NCBI GenBank assembly: GCA_029260965.1 | Contig: JAJDCG010000001.1 | Location: forward strand, 20,803-84,802 | Length of the DNA: 64,000 nt | DNA from: Candidatus Levyibacteriota bacterium | GTDB taxonomy: Bacteria; Patescibacteriota; Microgenomatia; Levybacterales; UBA12049 | Direction of reading: 5' to 3' | In this document: positions 47,036 through 57,206 of the stretch, piece by piece | Numbering within the stretch: the stretch's first letter is position 1 | Layout of the letters: each line of letters begins with the position of its first letter | Position numbers and translations under genes: made by a program | The notes under the pieces: model-generated | Told to the model about the DNA's origin: nothing | The model's input: the letters and a program-made list of their open reading frames with translations, nothing else | Databases searched by the model: none

Positions 47036-50000
47036 TTATCTTCCTTCTGATGTCTGTATAGCACCTTTTAGCAGAGTGCCCAATACAGCCAGGTATGTAG
47101 CCAGGCCTATCCTGCTATCAGGACTTCCTCTTTGTCCCAAAAACGCTTCTTTCAAAGCACTCCTGAGCGTAGAGCGCAGCAGTGATGTTTTGGTTATATT
47201 CCCAAACCACTGCATCTCTTCTTGTTCATAATATCCTGGTATCAGCCTGACATCACCTAGACTAAATTCGCTCCCTAAAATATCTTTTGGCAAAGTTTTG
47301 AGCGCGTCTGCGACAGTCAGAAAATATGCCTCATTATATCGAGAATCCGTCATCGAATAGCTTCTGAAGCTTACGAATTTAGATGCCAACTCTGTAAGCA
47401 CAGCTCTTCTTACAAGAAGCTTCATATGTTTTGGGTCATTTAGCTTGTTATAATCTATCTTTATTCGCCCATCAACATCCTTTACGACTTTACCTTTTTT
47501 ATCTCTCATCCAAAAAGAACTGCTGTTGAGCAGGTCATAACCAAACATATGCTCACCCAGAGTCATGTCTCGCCATATAGCCTCACCTGCTGTCAGTGAT
47601 GCTTCTTGATCAAGATAGCGATCCTTTTTCGAGTAATCGAGACTACCATAATCAGAAATAAGATATCTATATGGAGTAACAAGCTTTTTCTGAAAATCCT
47701 GTATAAACACTTCTTTTTGAAAAACAGGACCCTGAACAGGATGATGCTCTGTAAAATTTTTAAAATCAAACTCCTCCTTAGCGCTCATTATGTGGTCATA
47801 CATGTCAAGCCCTTTTCCGAGCTGGTCATTTGCCCAATTAAACAATGCATTTTCATTAAATGCTATCCTTCCCGTCATTTTCTGATATTGTTCCTGAAAG
47901 TATCTGGTCAAAAACCTGAGTCCATTTTCTTCCTTCTCTATCTCCGCTTCAGACGCACCCTGCCTCCTCATCTCTTCAATTTTCTTCCTGTATTTCTGGA
48001 GTTGCCTTTCTTGGGCTGTTTTCATTATGTCTGTTTCATCAAACTGTTCTTTTGCCGTGGTGTAATGCCTTCTACCCTCTTTATCCACTGTGAAGTGCAC
48101 TGTGTTTACTCCTCTCCATGTATCAGTAACCAAAGCTTTTTCCTGAAAAGTTCCAGGGTAATAACCGCCAGGATCTCCTTTCTTAAGTACCTTCACACGA
48201 TAAGCCGAAAGATTCATGGCTCTACCAGGGATCGTAACCGAGGGCTCATAGACATCATTTCTTGCCCAAATTAGCGCAGGTGCGGTCATGCCATATGAAA
48301 GCAGATCTGCAAATTTCAGGTTAATTTCATGCTCATCCCCCGTCTTTGTCCTGAGATGGAACTGCTCAGCAACTGTTGCCTTCATCACCTCACGCAAGGG
48401 CAGCACTACTTTTTTATTTTCGTTTTTCTGGACAAAAAAATTAATAAATTTTACAAAATTATCAGCATTGCTTTTGGTGGTTATCTGTCCGTTTTTATCA
48501 AAAGCTTTCACAAACTGTTCATGCGTCTCAAATCCCCAAAAGGCCTGCACTTCTTTTTCCCCTGTTGACTTTGTGCTTTCACCAAGTATTTTCATTAAGC
48601 CCTTTTCCCAGGTTTCTCTTTTGAAAAAATTTGAATCCTGACCTAATATTTCCTGAAGCTTTGAAAAATCAGAAAGCGCATCATAAACTCTGTACATCTT
48701 ATTGTATGCAGCCCCGACATCACTGTCGCTATAAAGAGGTTCTCCTTTTCTGGAGCTCTTGAACTCATTTGGAAAAAGCATCATATGGCTCATCAGGTTC
48801 TTACCCAAGGCATCCTTGGTAAGAGTACTCCCAGCCATCATCTCAGTAATAGTTTCTTTAAACTTTTCTCCATCTGCTCTTACTTTCTTAAGTTGCGCTG
48901 TCTGGGTTAAAAGAGTGGACAAAACCCAGGCTTCTTTTATCCATTGTGCGTAAAGATCGTTATATCTTGTTTCTCCATCTTCTGATTTAAAAAACCCTCC
49001 AGTAGGATTTGCAAACATACTCATAAGATTAGTTAAAGTCCCTCCATAACCTATACGTGCAAGACTTACTTCTTCGAAAAAATTATGTGGATCATCAGGA
49101 TTCAAGTCATACATCTCATACATTTTATTTCTCACCCACTCAACCATATTTCCTTCATTCACATAGTACTTGCTTCTCTCTGCATCAACAACCTTGTGTC
49201 CTTTTTCCATTTTTGTGACAATTCTCATCTCAAGAAGAGGAAATTTATCTGCAATTCCCCATTTATCATGCGATGTAGAATGCATCATGCGCCAAGCAAG
49301 CTCCTCAATGGTATCTGGTGATGCATCATACTCCTCTATGTTAAGGTTACCAGTTGCATTTCTACCTGTCTTGAGAAGTGCTTTGGGGAAAACAAGCCTC
49401 CTAACCCACTCTTCTGGCAAGTCAAGACTAATGGCAACTCCCTTTTTATCATCATCTAGCCACCTGTCATGCTCTCCTGTCAGTATTTTATACTTTTTTC
49501 TCAGATTCTCATTGCTGGATGAATGATCAATTTCTTCACCAGTCTCCCTCTTGTATGCAGCCATTGCTGTTTTGATAGAACTGATGAGCTCATCTGGCTT
49601 CCTGCCTCGAGCCAAAAACATCTCAAGAAGCATCCTTGTCTCATCATCTGAAACATGAAGATTTTTAATAAGCTCCTCTCCTACCTCAACTATTTTCTCA
49701 GTTGGCCAACCATATTCGCTCCAGTCCTCTTTCCTCCAGCTTTTCCTTGCAGCCTTCTGCTCAACCTCACTAGCACCCTCTCTAGCATAGGGTAAATTTT
49801 TTTCACTTCTGAGTACCTCGCCCGGAACAGGCTCATCCCCACCGCCTTCAAGCCTTTCCTGCTCTGTGAAAGCTTTTACTTTCTCTTCAATCTCGTAAAG
49901 TTGTCTATGCGTGCTGGCAAGAACAGCCTCATTACTCAACTCCTCATTTTCCATTATTTCCTTAAACCTTCTTTCCTCTTCGCTTGTAAGTATTTTCTTT

Positions 50001-50284
50001 TGTTTTTCTGCCTTCTGATACTCCTCTTTGGAGCTTGCATTTCCTATAAAGGGTTTTTCTTTGCGGTTGATAAATTCTCTAATTTGATAGTAAAGATCTC
50101 TTGTTCCTGCATCTTGCCGGATTTCATCAAGGCTTCTACCATGATTTTCTTGCACAAATTCATCCCAAGCTTGATATATTTCTCTTGTCTCACTGTTTCC
50201 TTCAAGAACTGCTGCACCTGCTTCTGACATACCTCTATCATATCGACTGGCAGACTGTGGTGTCAATTTAATTTCATGCTCCAT
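47036..50284 (-). CDS. Large (1082 aa) charged hypothetical protein
   Basis: Long ORF, no recognisable motif, hydrophobic extreme C-terminus. Confidence 0.8.
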   Translation of the reverse strand: MEHEIKLTPQSASRYDRGMSEAGAAVLEGNSETREIYQAWDEFVQENHGRSLDEIRQDAGTRDLYYQIREFINRKEKPFIGNASSKEEYQKAEKQKKILTSEEERRFKEIMENEELSNEAVLASTHRQLYEIEEKVKAFTEQERLEGGGDEPVPGEVLRSEKNLPYAREGASEVEQKAARKSWRKEDWSEYGWPTEKIVEVGEELIKNLHVSDDETRMLLEMFLARGRKPDELISSIKTAMAAYKRETGEEIDHSSSNENLRKKYKILTGEHDRWLDDDKKGVAISLDLPEEWVRRLVFPKALLKTGRNATGNLNIEEYDASPDTIEELAWRMMHSTSHDKWGIADKFPLLEMRIVTKMEKGHKVVDAERSKYYVNEGNMVEWVRNKMYEMYDLNPDDPHNFFEEVSLARIGYGGTLTNLMSMFANPTGGFFKSEDGETRYNDLYAQWIKEAWVLSTLLTQTAQLKKVRADGEKFKETITEMMAGSTLTKDALGKNLMSHMMLFPNEFKSSRKGEPLYSDSDVGAAYNKMYRVYDALSDFSKLQEILGQDSNFFKRETWEKGLMKILGESTKSTGEKEVQAFWGFETHEQFVKAFDKNGQITTKSNADNFVKFINFFVQKNENKKVVLPLREVMKATVAEQFHLRTKTGDEHEINLKFADLLSYGMTAPALIWARNDVYEPSVTIPGRAMNLSAYRVKVLKKGDPGGYYPGTFQEKALVTDTWRGVNTVHFTVDKEGRRHYTTAKEQFDETDIMKTAQERQLQKYRKKIEEMRRQGASEAEIEKEENGLRFLTRYFQEQYQKMTGRIAFNENALFNWANDQLGKGLDMYDHIMSAKEEFDFKNFTEHHPVQGPVFQKEVFIQDFQKKLVTPYRYLISDYGSLDYSKKDRYLDQEASLTAGEAIWRDMTLGEHMFGYDLLNSSSFWMRDKKGKVVKDVDGRIKIDYNKLNDPKHMKLLVRRAVLTELASKFVSFRSYSMTDSRYNEAYFLTVADALKTLPKDILGSEFSLGDVRLIPGYYEQEEMQWFGNITKTSLLRSTLRSALKEAFLGQRGSPDSRIGLATYLAVLGTLLKGAIQTSEGR

Positions 50285-50397
50285 AATGATTGGATTGTAA
50301 TCAAAACCCATTCAGTCCACTTTATTTTTATTTTATAGAAACATTACAAAATATTAAAAAAGTTGTGCTATATAAGCAGAACAATTACAATAGCCTC

Positions 50398-51723
50398 ATG
50401 GGACCAGAACGTTTTGAATCTATATATCCCGATACTGTTCGTTCAGAAGAGATAAAAAAAATAATATCTTATGTAAAAGAAGGAAAGTCTACGCAACTCA
50501 TAAGCATACCTGGTGCTGGACGATCATCTATACTTGGTCTTCTTTCCCACAATGATGCTATTAGAAAAAAATATCTCGGAGACAAAAAAGATATTCATTT
50601 TGTGCTTGCCAATTTTTCTGAGATTAGAAAACGACCCCTCTTCGACGCAATAAAATTTCTATTTCTGAGCCTGACCAACTCATTAAAAGAGAAAAAAATG
50701 AACGAATACAATAAGATTAACTCACTATTTAAAGAAAATCTTGCTTATAATGATGAGCTTGTACTTTTTCAGGCTCTGAAAGAAGCCATTGACTATCTAA
50801 CAATTGAAAGAAAAACAAAAATTGTTTTCTTGTTTGATCGTTTTGATGAATACATTCCGTATTTGACACCAGAATTTTTTACTAATTTGCGCTCCCTCAG
50901 ACAAAGAGCTAAATACAGCCTTTCTGTTGTTTTTTCAATCAACAGACCACTTGAAGACGCTCTTGAGCCTACATTATTGTCAGATTTCTACGAATTTGTG
51001 GCAGGCAATCAAATCTATGTAGGGCTTGTGGATCTTGAAATGACAACCTTCAGGGTTAGGTATATTGAAAAAATTTCCCATAAAAAACTGCCATCAGGAG
51101 TATTTGAACAGATTATGAAACTCACTGGTGGTGATGGAAGATTGGTAAAGCTGTCTGTTGAAATTCTATTGTCAAATCCTAAGCCTAAGAATCTCAACGA
51201 TTTTTTACTGTCCCAGGAATCAATCAAAAGCGCTTTAAGCGAATTATGGCGCTCTTTTCTCCCTTCAGAGCAATCAGACCTCATAGAAGGAAACTTTGAT
51301 AATGAAAATATAAGAACTCATCTTGAAAACGTGGGTGTTGTTAAAAATAAAAAAATACAAATACCTCTTTTCTCAGAATTTATAAAAACACAGTATCAAA
51401 AACTCAAAAATGGAAAAAATCAGTTTATGTATGATGAGAATACAAACAGCATTAAAAATAATGATGCCATATTCTCTGACCAACTAACATCTTCAGAATT
51501 CAGGCTGCTCAAATTCCTCATCCTCAACAAGGATCGAATTATTAATAGAGAAGAGATTATAAATTTTGTCTGGTCTGATCAAAAATCAACTGCAGGAATT
51601 ACTGACCAGGCAGTAGATCAGCTAATTTTTCGCTTGCGACAAAAAATTGAAGAGAACCCGAATAGCCCCATTCATCTTCAAACAATCAAGGGACGAGGAT
51701 TTCGCTTTTTACCAAAATGCTAA
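50398..51723 (+). CDS. P-loop NTPase fused to an OmpR/PhoB-type winged-helix domain
   Basis: SIPGAGRS, FLFDRFDE; LTSSEFRLL..REEII..VW..VDQLIFRLRQKIE..TIKGRGFRF. Confidence 0.85.
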   Translation: MGPERFESIYPDTVRSEEIKKIISYVKEGKSTQLISIPGAGRSSILGLLSHNDAIRKKYLGDKKDIHFVLANFSEIRKRPLFDAIKFLFLSLTNSLKEKKMNEYNKINSLFKENLAYNDELVLFQALKEAIDYLTIERKTKIVFLFDRFDEYIPYLTPEFFTNLRSLRQRAKYSLSVVFSINRPLEDALEPTLLSDFYEFVAGNQIYVGLVDLEMTTFRVRYIEKISHKKLPSGVFEQIMKLTGGDGRLVKLSVEILLSNPKPKNLNDFLLSQESIKSALSELWRSFLPSEQSDLIEGNFDNENIRTHLENVGVVKNKKIQIPLFSEFIKTQYQKLKNGKNQFMYDENTNSIKNNDAIFSDQLTSSEFRLLKFLILNKDRIINREEIINFVWSDQKSTAGITDQAVDQLIFRLRQKIEENPNSPIHLQTIKGRGFRFLPKC

Positions 51724-51766
51724 CCAATCAATTGCATTTTTATCTCCAACTTAGTAATCTAGACTT

Positions 51767-52093
51767 ATGAGCATTTTGTCACAAGCCAAGCTTCCGAAGC
51801 CACCTTCAAGTATTCCCAGCGTGCCAACTGGTCAATCAGGTCTATCATATACTGGAGAGATTTTAAGAAACGCCATTACAATCATGATAATAATTGCTAT
51901 AATCTTGTCTGTTATTTTTCTTATCATCTCAGGTATCAAGTGGATCACATCAGGCGGAGACAAAGAAAAACTCCAAGCTGCAAAAGCAAGACTAACATGG
52001 GCCATTGTTGGCCTGATAGTTGCCTTTGTGGCATTTTTCTTAGTAAATATTTTGGGCTACATCTTTGGAGTAGAGTTGCTTGGATTCTTTTAA
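51767..52093 (+). CDS. Pilin (VirB2/TrbC-like)
   Basis: TM-GIKWITSGGD-A..R-TM. Confidence 0.85.
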   Translation: MSILSQAKLPKPPSSIPSVPTGQSGLSYTGEILRNAITIMIIIAIILSVIFLIISGIKWITSGGDKEKLQAAKARLTWAIVGLIVAFVAFFLVNILGYIFGVELLGFF

Positions 52094-52145
52094 ACTTAAG
52101 TATTGACAAAAACAAAACAAGTGTTCTAGTATAAAGACAACCTAT

Positions 52146-52538
52146 ATGAAAAAACTAGTAAGCGCAGCCGTGGGAGTAGTATCTTATCTTTCGTTAGCAG
52201 GTGGTGCTTTTGCGCAGACGGTTGATCCCTGTCCAAAAGGTGAATTCAACGCACTTTGTTCAAAATTTAATGCAAGTGATACTGGAAGCATTATTGGCAC
52301 AGTGCTAACCTTTCTTCTCATCGCAGCTGTAATTGTTGCGCTTTTCTTTCTGATCTGGGGGGGCATCCGTTGGATTACATCAGGCGGAGACAAAACCAAG
52401 GTTGACTCAGCCAGAGGGCACATAGTTGCAGCAATCGTAGGTCTACTAATTGCTTTTGTTGCTTACTTTATAGTACAAATAATACTGAACGTATTCGGTC
52501 TTGGCCCTGTCAGTAGCCTAGAGCTTCCAACTTTCTAA
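52146..52538 (+). CDS. Pilin (VirB2/TrbC-like)
   Basis: Signal peptide AFA/Q, GIRWITSGGD, 2 TM. Confidence 0.88.
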   Translation: MKKLVSAAVGVVSYLSLAGGAFAQTVDPCPKGEFNALCSKFNASDTGSIIGTVLTFLLIAAVIVALFFLIWGGIRWITSGGDKTKVDSARGHIVAAIVGLLIAFVAYFIVQIILNVFGLGPVSSLELPTF

Positions 52539-52589
52539 TCTAAATCTTCTTGTGTTTTACTTTTCCCTCTGATATTCTGAATTAGTCTT

Positions 52590-53000
52590 ATGAAAAAAAT
52601 CCTTCACTTCTTTCTGCTTTTTACGACAGCTAGTCTTGCACATCCATCAAATGCACACGCGCAGCTTTTTAAAAACTGGGATCAGGTAGTATCTGGATGT
52701 GTAATTGATGGAGTGCCCACTCTCCGATGCTTACCTGCTGTATTTGGAAACCTCATAAATGCAGGCATTGCTTTTGTGGGTGTTGTTGCTGTAATTCTCA
52801 TAGTTTACTCTGGAATAAGACTTATAACCTCAGGTGGAGATCCAAAAAAAGTTGCAGGAGCTCGTCAAATTATGACCTATGCCATAATTGGCTTAGTACT
52901 CGTGCTCTCATCCTTTGCTATAGTATTGTTCATCGGCTATGCTACCGGTAGCAGCGACTGTATTGGAGACCTAAACAACATAGCCTCTGGATGTAAATAA
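52590..53000 (+). CDS. Pilin (VirB2/TrbC-like)
   Basis: Signal peptide AHA/Q, GIRLITSGGD, 2 TM, 4 Cys. Confidence 0.85.
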   Translation: MKKILHFFLLFTTASLAHPSNAHAQLFKNWDQVVSGCVIDGVPTLRCLPAVFGNLINAGIAFVGVVAVILIVYSGIRLITSGGDPKKVAGARQIMTYAIIGLVLVLSSFAIVLFIGYATGSSDCIGDLNNIASGCK

Positions 53001-53102
53001 CAAATTCTCCAAGTTTTCACAGACCCAGCCTCAAAGAAAATTTTTTTGATCTACTTTGAAAGAGTTGCAAACATATTTTTCACGTTATACACTTTTTTTA
53101 CT

Positions 53103-54356
53103 ATGGACAACCACCCTATACCCCAAGACGTAACAGGCTTCAAATTCAAGCTTATTGGCAGCATGACAGTAAAACAATTCGCCTACGTTGCAGCAGGCGT
53201 CATTACCTCAGTAATTTTATACTATCTTCCCCTGAAGGGTATTGCAGGGGGCCTCATAAAGGCATTGTTAATACCCGTATCTTTTGGTAGTGGAATTATG
53301 ATTGCCTTTCTTCCAATTGATGGAAGACCGATGGATGTAATGCTGGGTAATTTTATAAAGGCAGTTTTTTCACCCAATCAATACCTTTATCACAAAAACG
53401 GTCGAAGATTTAGCTTCATGACCATCTCGCTACCAACACGAGGCGCTTTCCAAAACACGCAACAAACGATGCAGGATCACCCAACCCATACAAACACCAA
53501 AAATAAACAGCTCAGAGAATTTCTTGACAAGAATAAAAGTCCTGAAATAAAAAATAACCTTGACAACAAAGAGCTTGCTTTTCTCAAATCCTTGGCAAGC
53601 AGCTATACCCAGACACCTGCATTACAACAGCATGCAGCAACACAACCACCCATACAGCAACCCCCACAACCTGCGTCTATACAAAAAGCTGAAAATCAAA
53701 CCATCCAAGAACCAATTGCTCGACCAGTGCAAAAAACTACTCCTGCTGTTCAGACAGCACCCGTGCAGCCACCATTAACAGCGCGGGTCGCAAATCCTGA
53801 ACCTACAAAAAACACAAATCCGCAAAACAATAAACCAGAACAATTAAAACAGCAGATCCAGAATGCCCATGATCAAAAAAAACTGCTTGAGAATGAACTA
53901 TCAAAACTTAAAAATCAGCTCCAAGAACACAAACCAGAAACACCTACTACAGCAGTAAGCCCATCTTCTGCACCCATACACACAACCCCAAACCCCACAC
54001 ATGTTCGGTCAATTCCTAAAGAAAGCGTACAAAAAATGGGAATCCTCGTCCCTGATTCTCCTAATGTTGTTGTGGGAATAGTAAAAGACCCAAGAGGAAA
54101 CATACTACAAAACATACTTGTTGAAATAACCGATAAGGATGGTAACGCTGTACGCGCTTTCAAAACTAACGCTCTCGGACAGTTTGCCTCAGCCACCCCT
54201 TTACCCACAGGCTCCTATACGGTTACACTTGAGGATCCCAGAAATCAACACAAGTTTGACTCAATTAAGATAGCTGCCAGAGATCAGGTTATGCTACCAA
54301 TTGAAATAATATCCTATGACAAACGGGAAGAATTAAGAAGAGACTTATTTAACTAA
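53103..54356 (+). CDS. PrgI family (VirB3-like) protein with C-terminal carboxypeptidase-regulatory-like domain
   Basis: HPIPQDVTGFKFKLIG.MT.KQF, 2 TM, GRP; GIVKD..G..L...RAFKTN..GQF. Confidence 0.85.
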   Translation: MDNHPIPQDVTGFKFKLIGSMTVKQFAYVAAGVITSVILYYLPLKGIAGGLIKALLIPVSFGSGIMIAFLPIDGRPMDVMLGNFIKAVFSPNQYLYHKNGRRFSFMTISLPTRGAFQNTQQTMQDHPTHTNTKNKQLREFLDKNKSPEIKNNLDNKELAFLKSLASSYTQTPALQQHAATQPPIQQPPQPASIQKAENQTIQEPIARPVQKTTPAVQTAPVQPPLTARVANPEPTKNTNPQNNKPEQLKQQIQNAHDQKKLLENELSKLKNQLQEHKPETPTTAVSPSSAPIHTTPNPTHVRSIPKESVQKMGILVPDSPNVVVGIVKDPRGNILQNILVEITDKDGNAVRAFKTNALGQFASATPLPTGSYTVTLEDPRNQHKFDSIKIAARDQVMLPIEIISYDKREELRRDLFN

Positions 54357-54359
54357 AGT

Positions 54360-55046
54360 ATGGCACAAAAAATTAACGCGTCTACGCAAAAATTTACAGA
54401 GATTGTTGACTTTGTTGATAATATAGTTGTTCTAGAGGGTGGAAACGCCTGTTTAATCATTGAAATCACTGCAAGTAACTTTGCATTGTTATCAAAAAGA
54501 GAACAAGACTCAAGAGTGGCCTCATATGCATCCCTTCTCAACTCGCTTTCTTTTCCTATACAGATTCTAATACGCAACAAGCGGATGGATATATCAAACT
54601 ACTTAAACGAATTGGATGAGGCAAAGAAAAATTCAAAGAACGATAGGCTGGCAACATACATTAGCTACTACCGCGATTTCGTTGAGGAGATAGTAACTGT
54701 AAATGTAGTTCTGAACAAATCTTTCTTTATTGTGGTGCCATACTCTTTTCTAGAAGGCAACATGCCCAATGCAAGCCAGCCACAACAAGCAAAAAAACAA
54801 AAAGATACTGTTTCTAAGTCTCAGAAAATTGCAGAAAATGCCAAAAGAGCTTTAGAGTCCAAGTCATCAACCGTTATGGCTCAGCTTCAAAAATTTGCTG
54901 TATCTGCAAAAATCCTCGAAAAAGACGAGCTGGTTAAGCTCTTTTATGACATATACAACCAGGGTGACGCACTGAATGTTGAACAAGCAGAGCCAGACAC
55001 TCAGAATGCATTCGTTGCAACAGCAGGAGGAGGAGAAAATACATGA
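54360..55046 (+). CDS. T4SS-associated protein (TraC/VirB4 N-domain-like)
   Basis: STQ.F, NFALLS..EQ, LLNSL.FPIQI; overlaps virB4 start. Confidence 0.75.
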   Translation: MAQKINASTQKFTEIVDFVDNIVVLEGGNACLIIEITASNFALLSKREQDSRVASYASLLNSLSFPIQILIRNKRMDISNYLNELDEAKKNSKNDRLATYISYYRDFVEEIVTVNVVLNKSFFIVVPYSFLEGNMPNASQPQQAKKQKDTVSKSQKIAENAKRALESKSSTVMAQLQKFAVSAKILEKDELVKLFYDIYNQGDALNVEQAEPDTQNAFVATAGGGENT

Positions 55047-57187
55047 AAATCCCATTTCTAAAAAACAAAGACACCCAAACACAGCCCACCACTCAGACAC
55101 CTGCACAAAACAACAAAATGGCTGTAAGTCAAAACACTCAACAATCCACAAAAGCTCTTGAAAAACTTGAAAAGGGCCTAACCTCAGTAATCGACATTAT
55201 TGCTCCATCTTCAGTAGAAGTAGATTTCCGTTATATTAGAGTTGGTGAGACTTTTTACACTACTCTTTTTATCGCTGGCTATCCACGCTATGTTTCTCCT
55301 GGCTGGCTTACTCCAATTGTTGACTATGATCACACCCTTGATATATCCATGTTTTGCTATCCTACCTCGTCGACAGACATTCTTTCAGATCTAAAAAGAA
55401 AAATCGGAGAGATGCAAGCAACCCTTTCATCAGATGCTGAACAGGGAAAGGTTGCAGACCCCTCTGTTGAAGCTGCCCTTGAGGATGCCCTTGGCCTTCA
55501 GGAGGAATTAGCAAAGGGGGTTGAACGGTTTTTCCAGTTTGGATTTTACATAACAGTTTCAGCCGAAAGCCTAAATGAACTCAACCAAACAGTAAAAGAA
55601 CTAAAAACCACACTTTCATCCCTGCTTCTGACAGGCAAAACCTCCACACTCCAAATGGAGGAAGGCTTCAAATCCACACTTCCAATCGGCCAAGACAAGC
55701 TCTATATCACACGGAACATGGATACAACATCTCTCGCATCAACCTTTCCTTTTACATCTGCTGTTCTCACCCAAAACAAGGGTGTTATGTATGGCGTGAA
55801 TCAACAAAACGGATCCCTGATAATCTTTGATAGATTTTCACTAGAAAATGCCAATGAAATCGTTCTTGGTAAGTCTGGTGCTGGAAAATCTTATGCCATA
55901 AAGCTGGAAATTGCCCGACAATTTATGCTCGGCACTGAAGTGATAGTTATTGATCCAGAGGGAGAATATGAAGTGTTAACTCCTGTTCTAGGCGGTGAGG
56001 TTGTAGATTTTTCTTCAAATTCTGAAATAAAAATTAATCCTTTTGATCTTGCCGATGTCTATGAAGAGGGGGAAAATCAACTTGGACTTAAAATACTCTC
56101 ACTTCATGGCCTCTTAAAAATAATTACTGGAGAGCTTGATGCTGAACATGATGCAATCATGGATCGTGCACTTATTGAAGCGTACAGACAGAAAGGCATC
56201 ACTACTGACCCAGCAACTCAAAAAAAAGAACCGCCATTGATGGAGGATCTTTACAAAACCCTTCTCGGCATGGAAAATCAGCCGGCTAAGGATCTTGCAT
56301 ACAGGCTTGAAAAATTCATCAAAGGATCAGCCCAGGGCATATTTAACCAGCAATCAAATTTCGAGATCAATAATCCCCTAACTGTTTTCTCGATAAGAAA
56401 TCTTGAAGAAGAACTAAGACCTGTTGCAATGCACATAATTCTTGACTTTGTCTGGACCAGAGTCAAAAAATCACTTAAAAAGCGTATTTTAATACTTGAC
56501 GAGGCATGGTACATGATGAAATATCAAGACAGCGCATCATTTGTCTACTCAATCGCCAAAAGAGCACGTAAATATTATTTAGGAATGACTACTGCAACAC
56601 AAGATGTGGAAGATTTTCTCAAAAATGAATACGGGAAGGCAGTTCTAACTAATTCTTCAATTCAGATTCTTCTCAAACAAGGAACAGCCGAGGTTGACAT
56701 GATATCTGAAACTTTTTATCTATCTGAAGGGGAAAAAGCACTTCTTCTATCTTCTGATGTTGGAGAAGGACTTTTCTTTGCAGGACAAAACCATGTTGTT
56801 ATGAAGGTTTTTGCAGCTCCTTTTGAACACGAATTAATCACCTCTAATCCTGAGGAGGTTTCAAAAAGACAGGAAGCAGACGCGGAATATGCAAAAGCTG
56901 AGGCTAACGCTGCACAAGTGGAACAAGCCACTGCTCCTACTGAGACTTCGCAAGCATCAGCCCCATTATCTCAGAAACCAATACAGGAATACACACCCCC
57001 ACAAGAAACACAAACCCAATCTCAAACGTCTTCAATCCAGGCATCGGACCCCATTCCTCCACAACAAGCCCAAAACACACCTGCTAACACAGATGTTGTG
57101 AACAACCCACCAACACCACAACAACCCATTACAAGCGCATACACACCACCACAGCCACCCACCACAAACCCTACCAACGAGTCCTAA
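55043..57187 (+). CDS. virB4: VirB4/TraC-like T4SS ATPase
   Basis: GKSGAGKS, IDPEGEY, LDEAW, KRARKY, TQD; Pro/Gln/Thr tail. Confidence 0.92.
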   Translation: MKIPFLKNKDTQTQPTTQTPAQNNKMAVSQNTQQSTKALEKLEKGLTSVIDIIAPSSVEVDFRYIRVGETFYTTLFIAGYPRYVSPGWLTPIVDYDHTLDISMFCYPTSSTDILSDLKRKIGEMQATLSSDAEQGKVADPSVEAALEDALGLQEELAKGVERFFQFGFYITVSAESLNELNQTVKELKTTLSSLLLTGKTSTLQMEEGFKSTLPIGQDKLYITRNMDTTSLASTFPFTSAVLTQNKGVMYGVNQQNGSLIIFDRFSLENANEIVLGKSGAGKSYAIKLEIARQFMLGTEVIVIDPEGEYEVLTPVLGGEVVDFSSNSEIKINPFDLADVYEEGENQLGLKILSLHGLLKIITGELDAEHDAIMDRALIEAYRQKGITTDPATQKKEPPLMEDLYKTLLGMENQPAKDLAYRLEKFIKGSAQGIFNQQSNFEINNPLTVFSIRNLEEELRPVAMHIILDFVWTRVKKSLKKRILILDEAWYMMKYQDSASFVYSIAKRARKYYLGMTTATQDVEDFLKNEYGKAVLTNSSIQILLKQGTAEVDMISETFYLSEGEKALLLSSDVGEGLFFAGQNHVVMKVFAAPFEHELITSNPEEVSKRQEADAEYAKAEANAAQVEQATAPTETSQASAPLSQKPIQEYTPPQETQTQSQTSSIQASDPIPPQQAQNTPANTDVVNNPPTPQQPITSAYTPPQPPTTNPTNES

Positions 57188-57206
57188 ACTTTGCTAGTAT
57201 TAAATA

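Noticed and set aside
47606-50227. Plus-strand ORFs of 60-222 aa opposite the 1082-aa gene, and similar antisense ORFs across the window
   Set aside because: Shadow frames of real genes with no motifs, promoters or typical composition.
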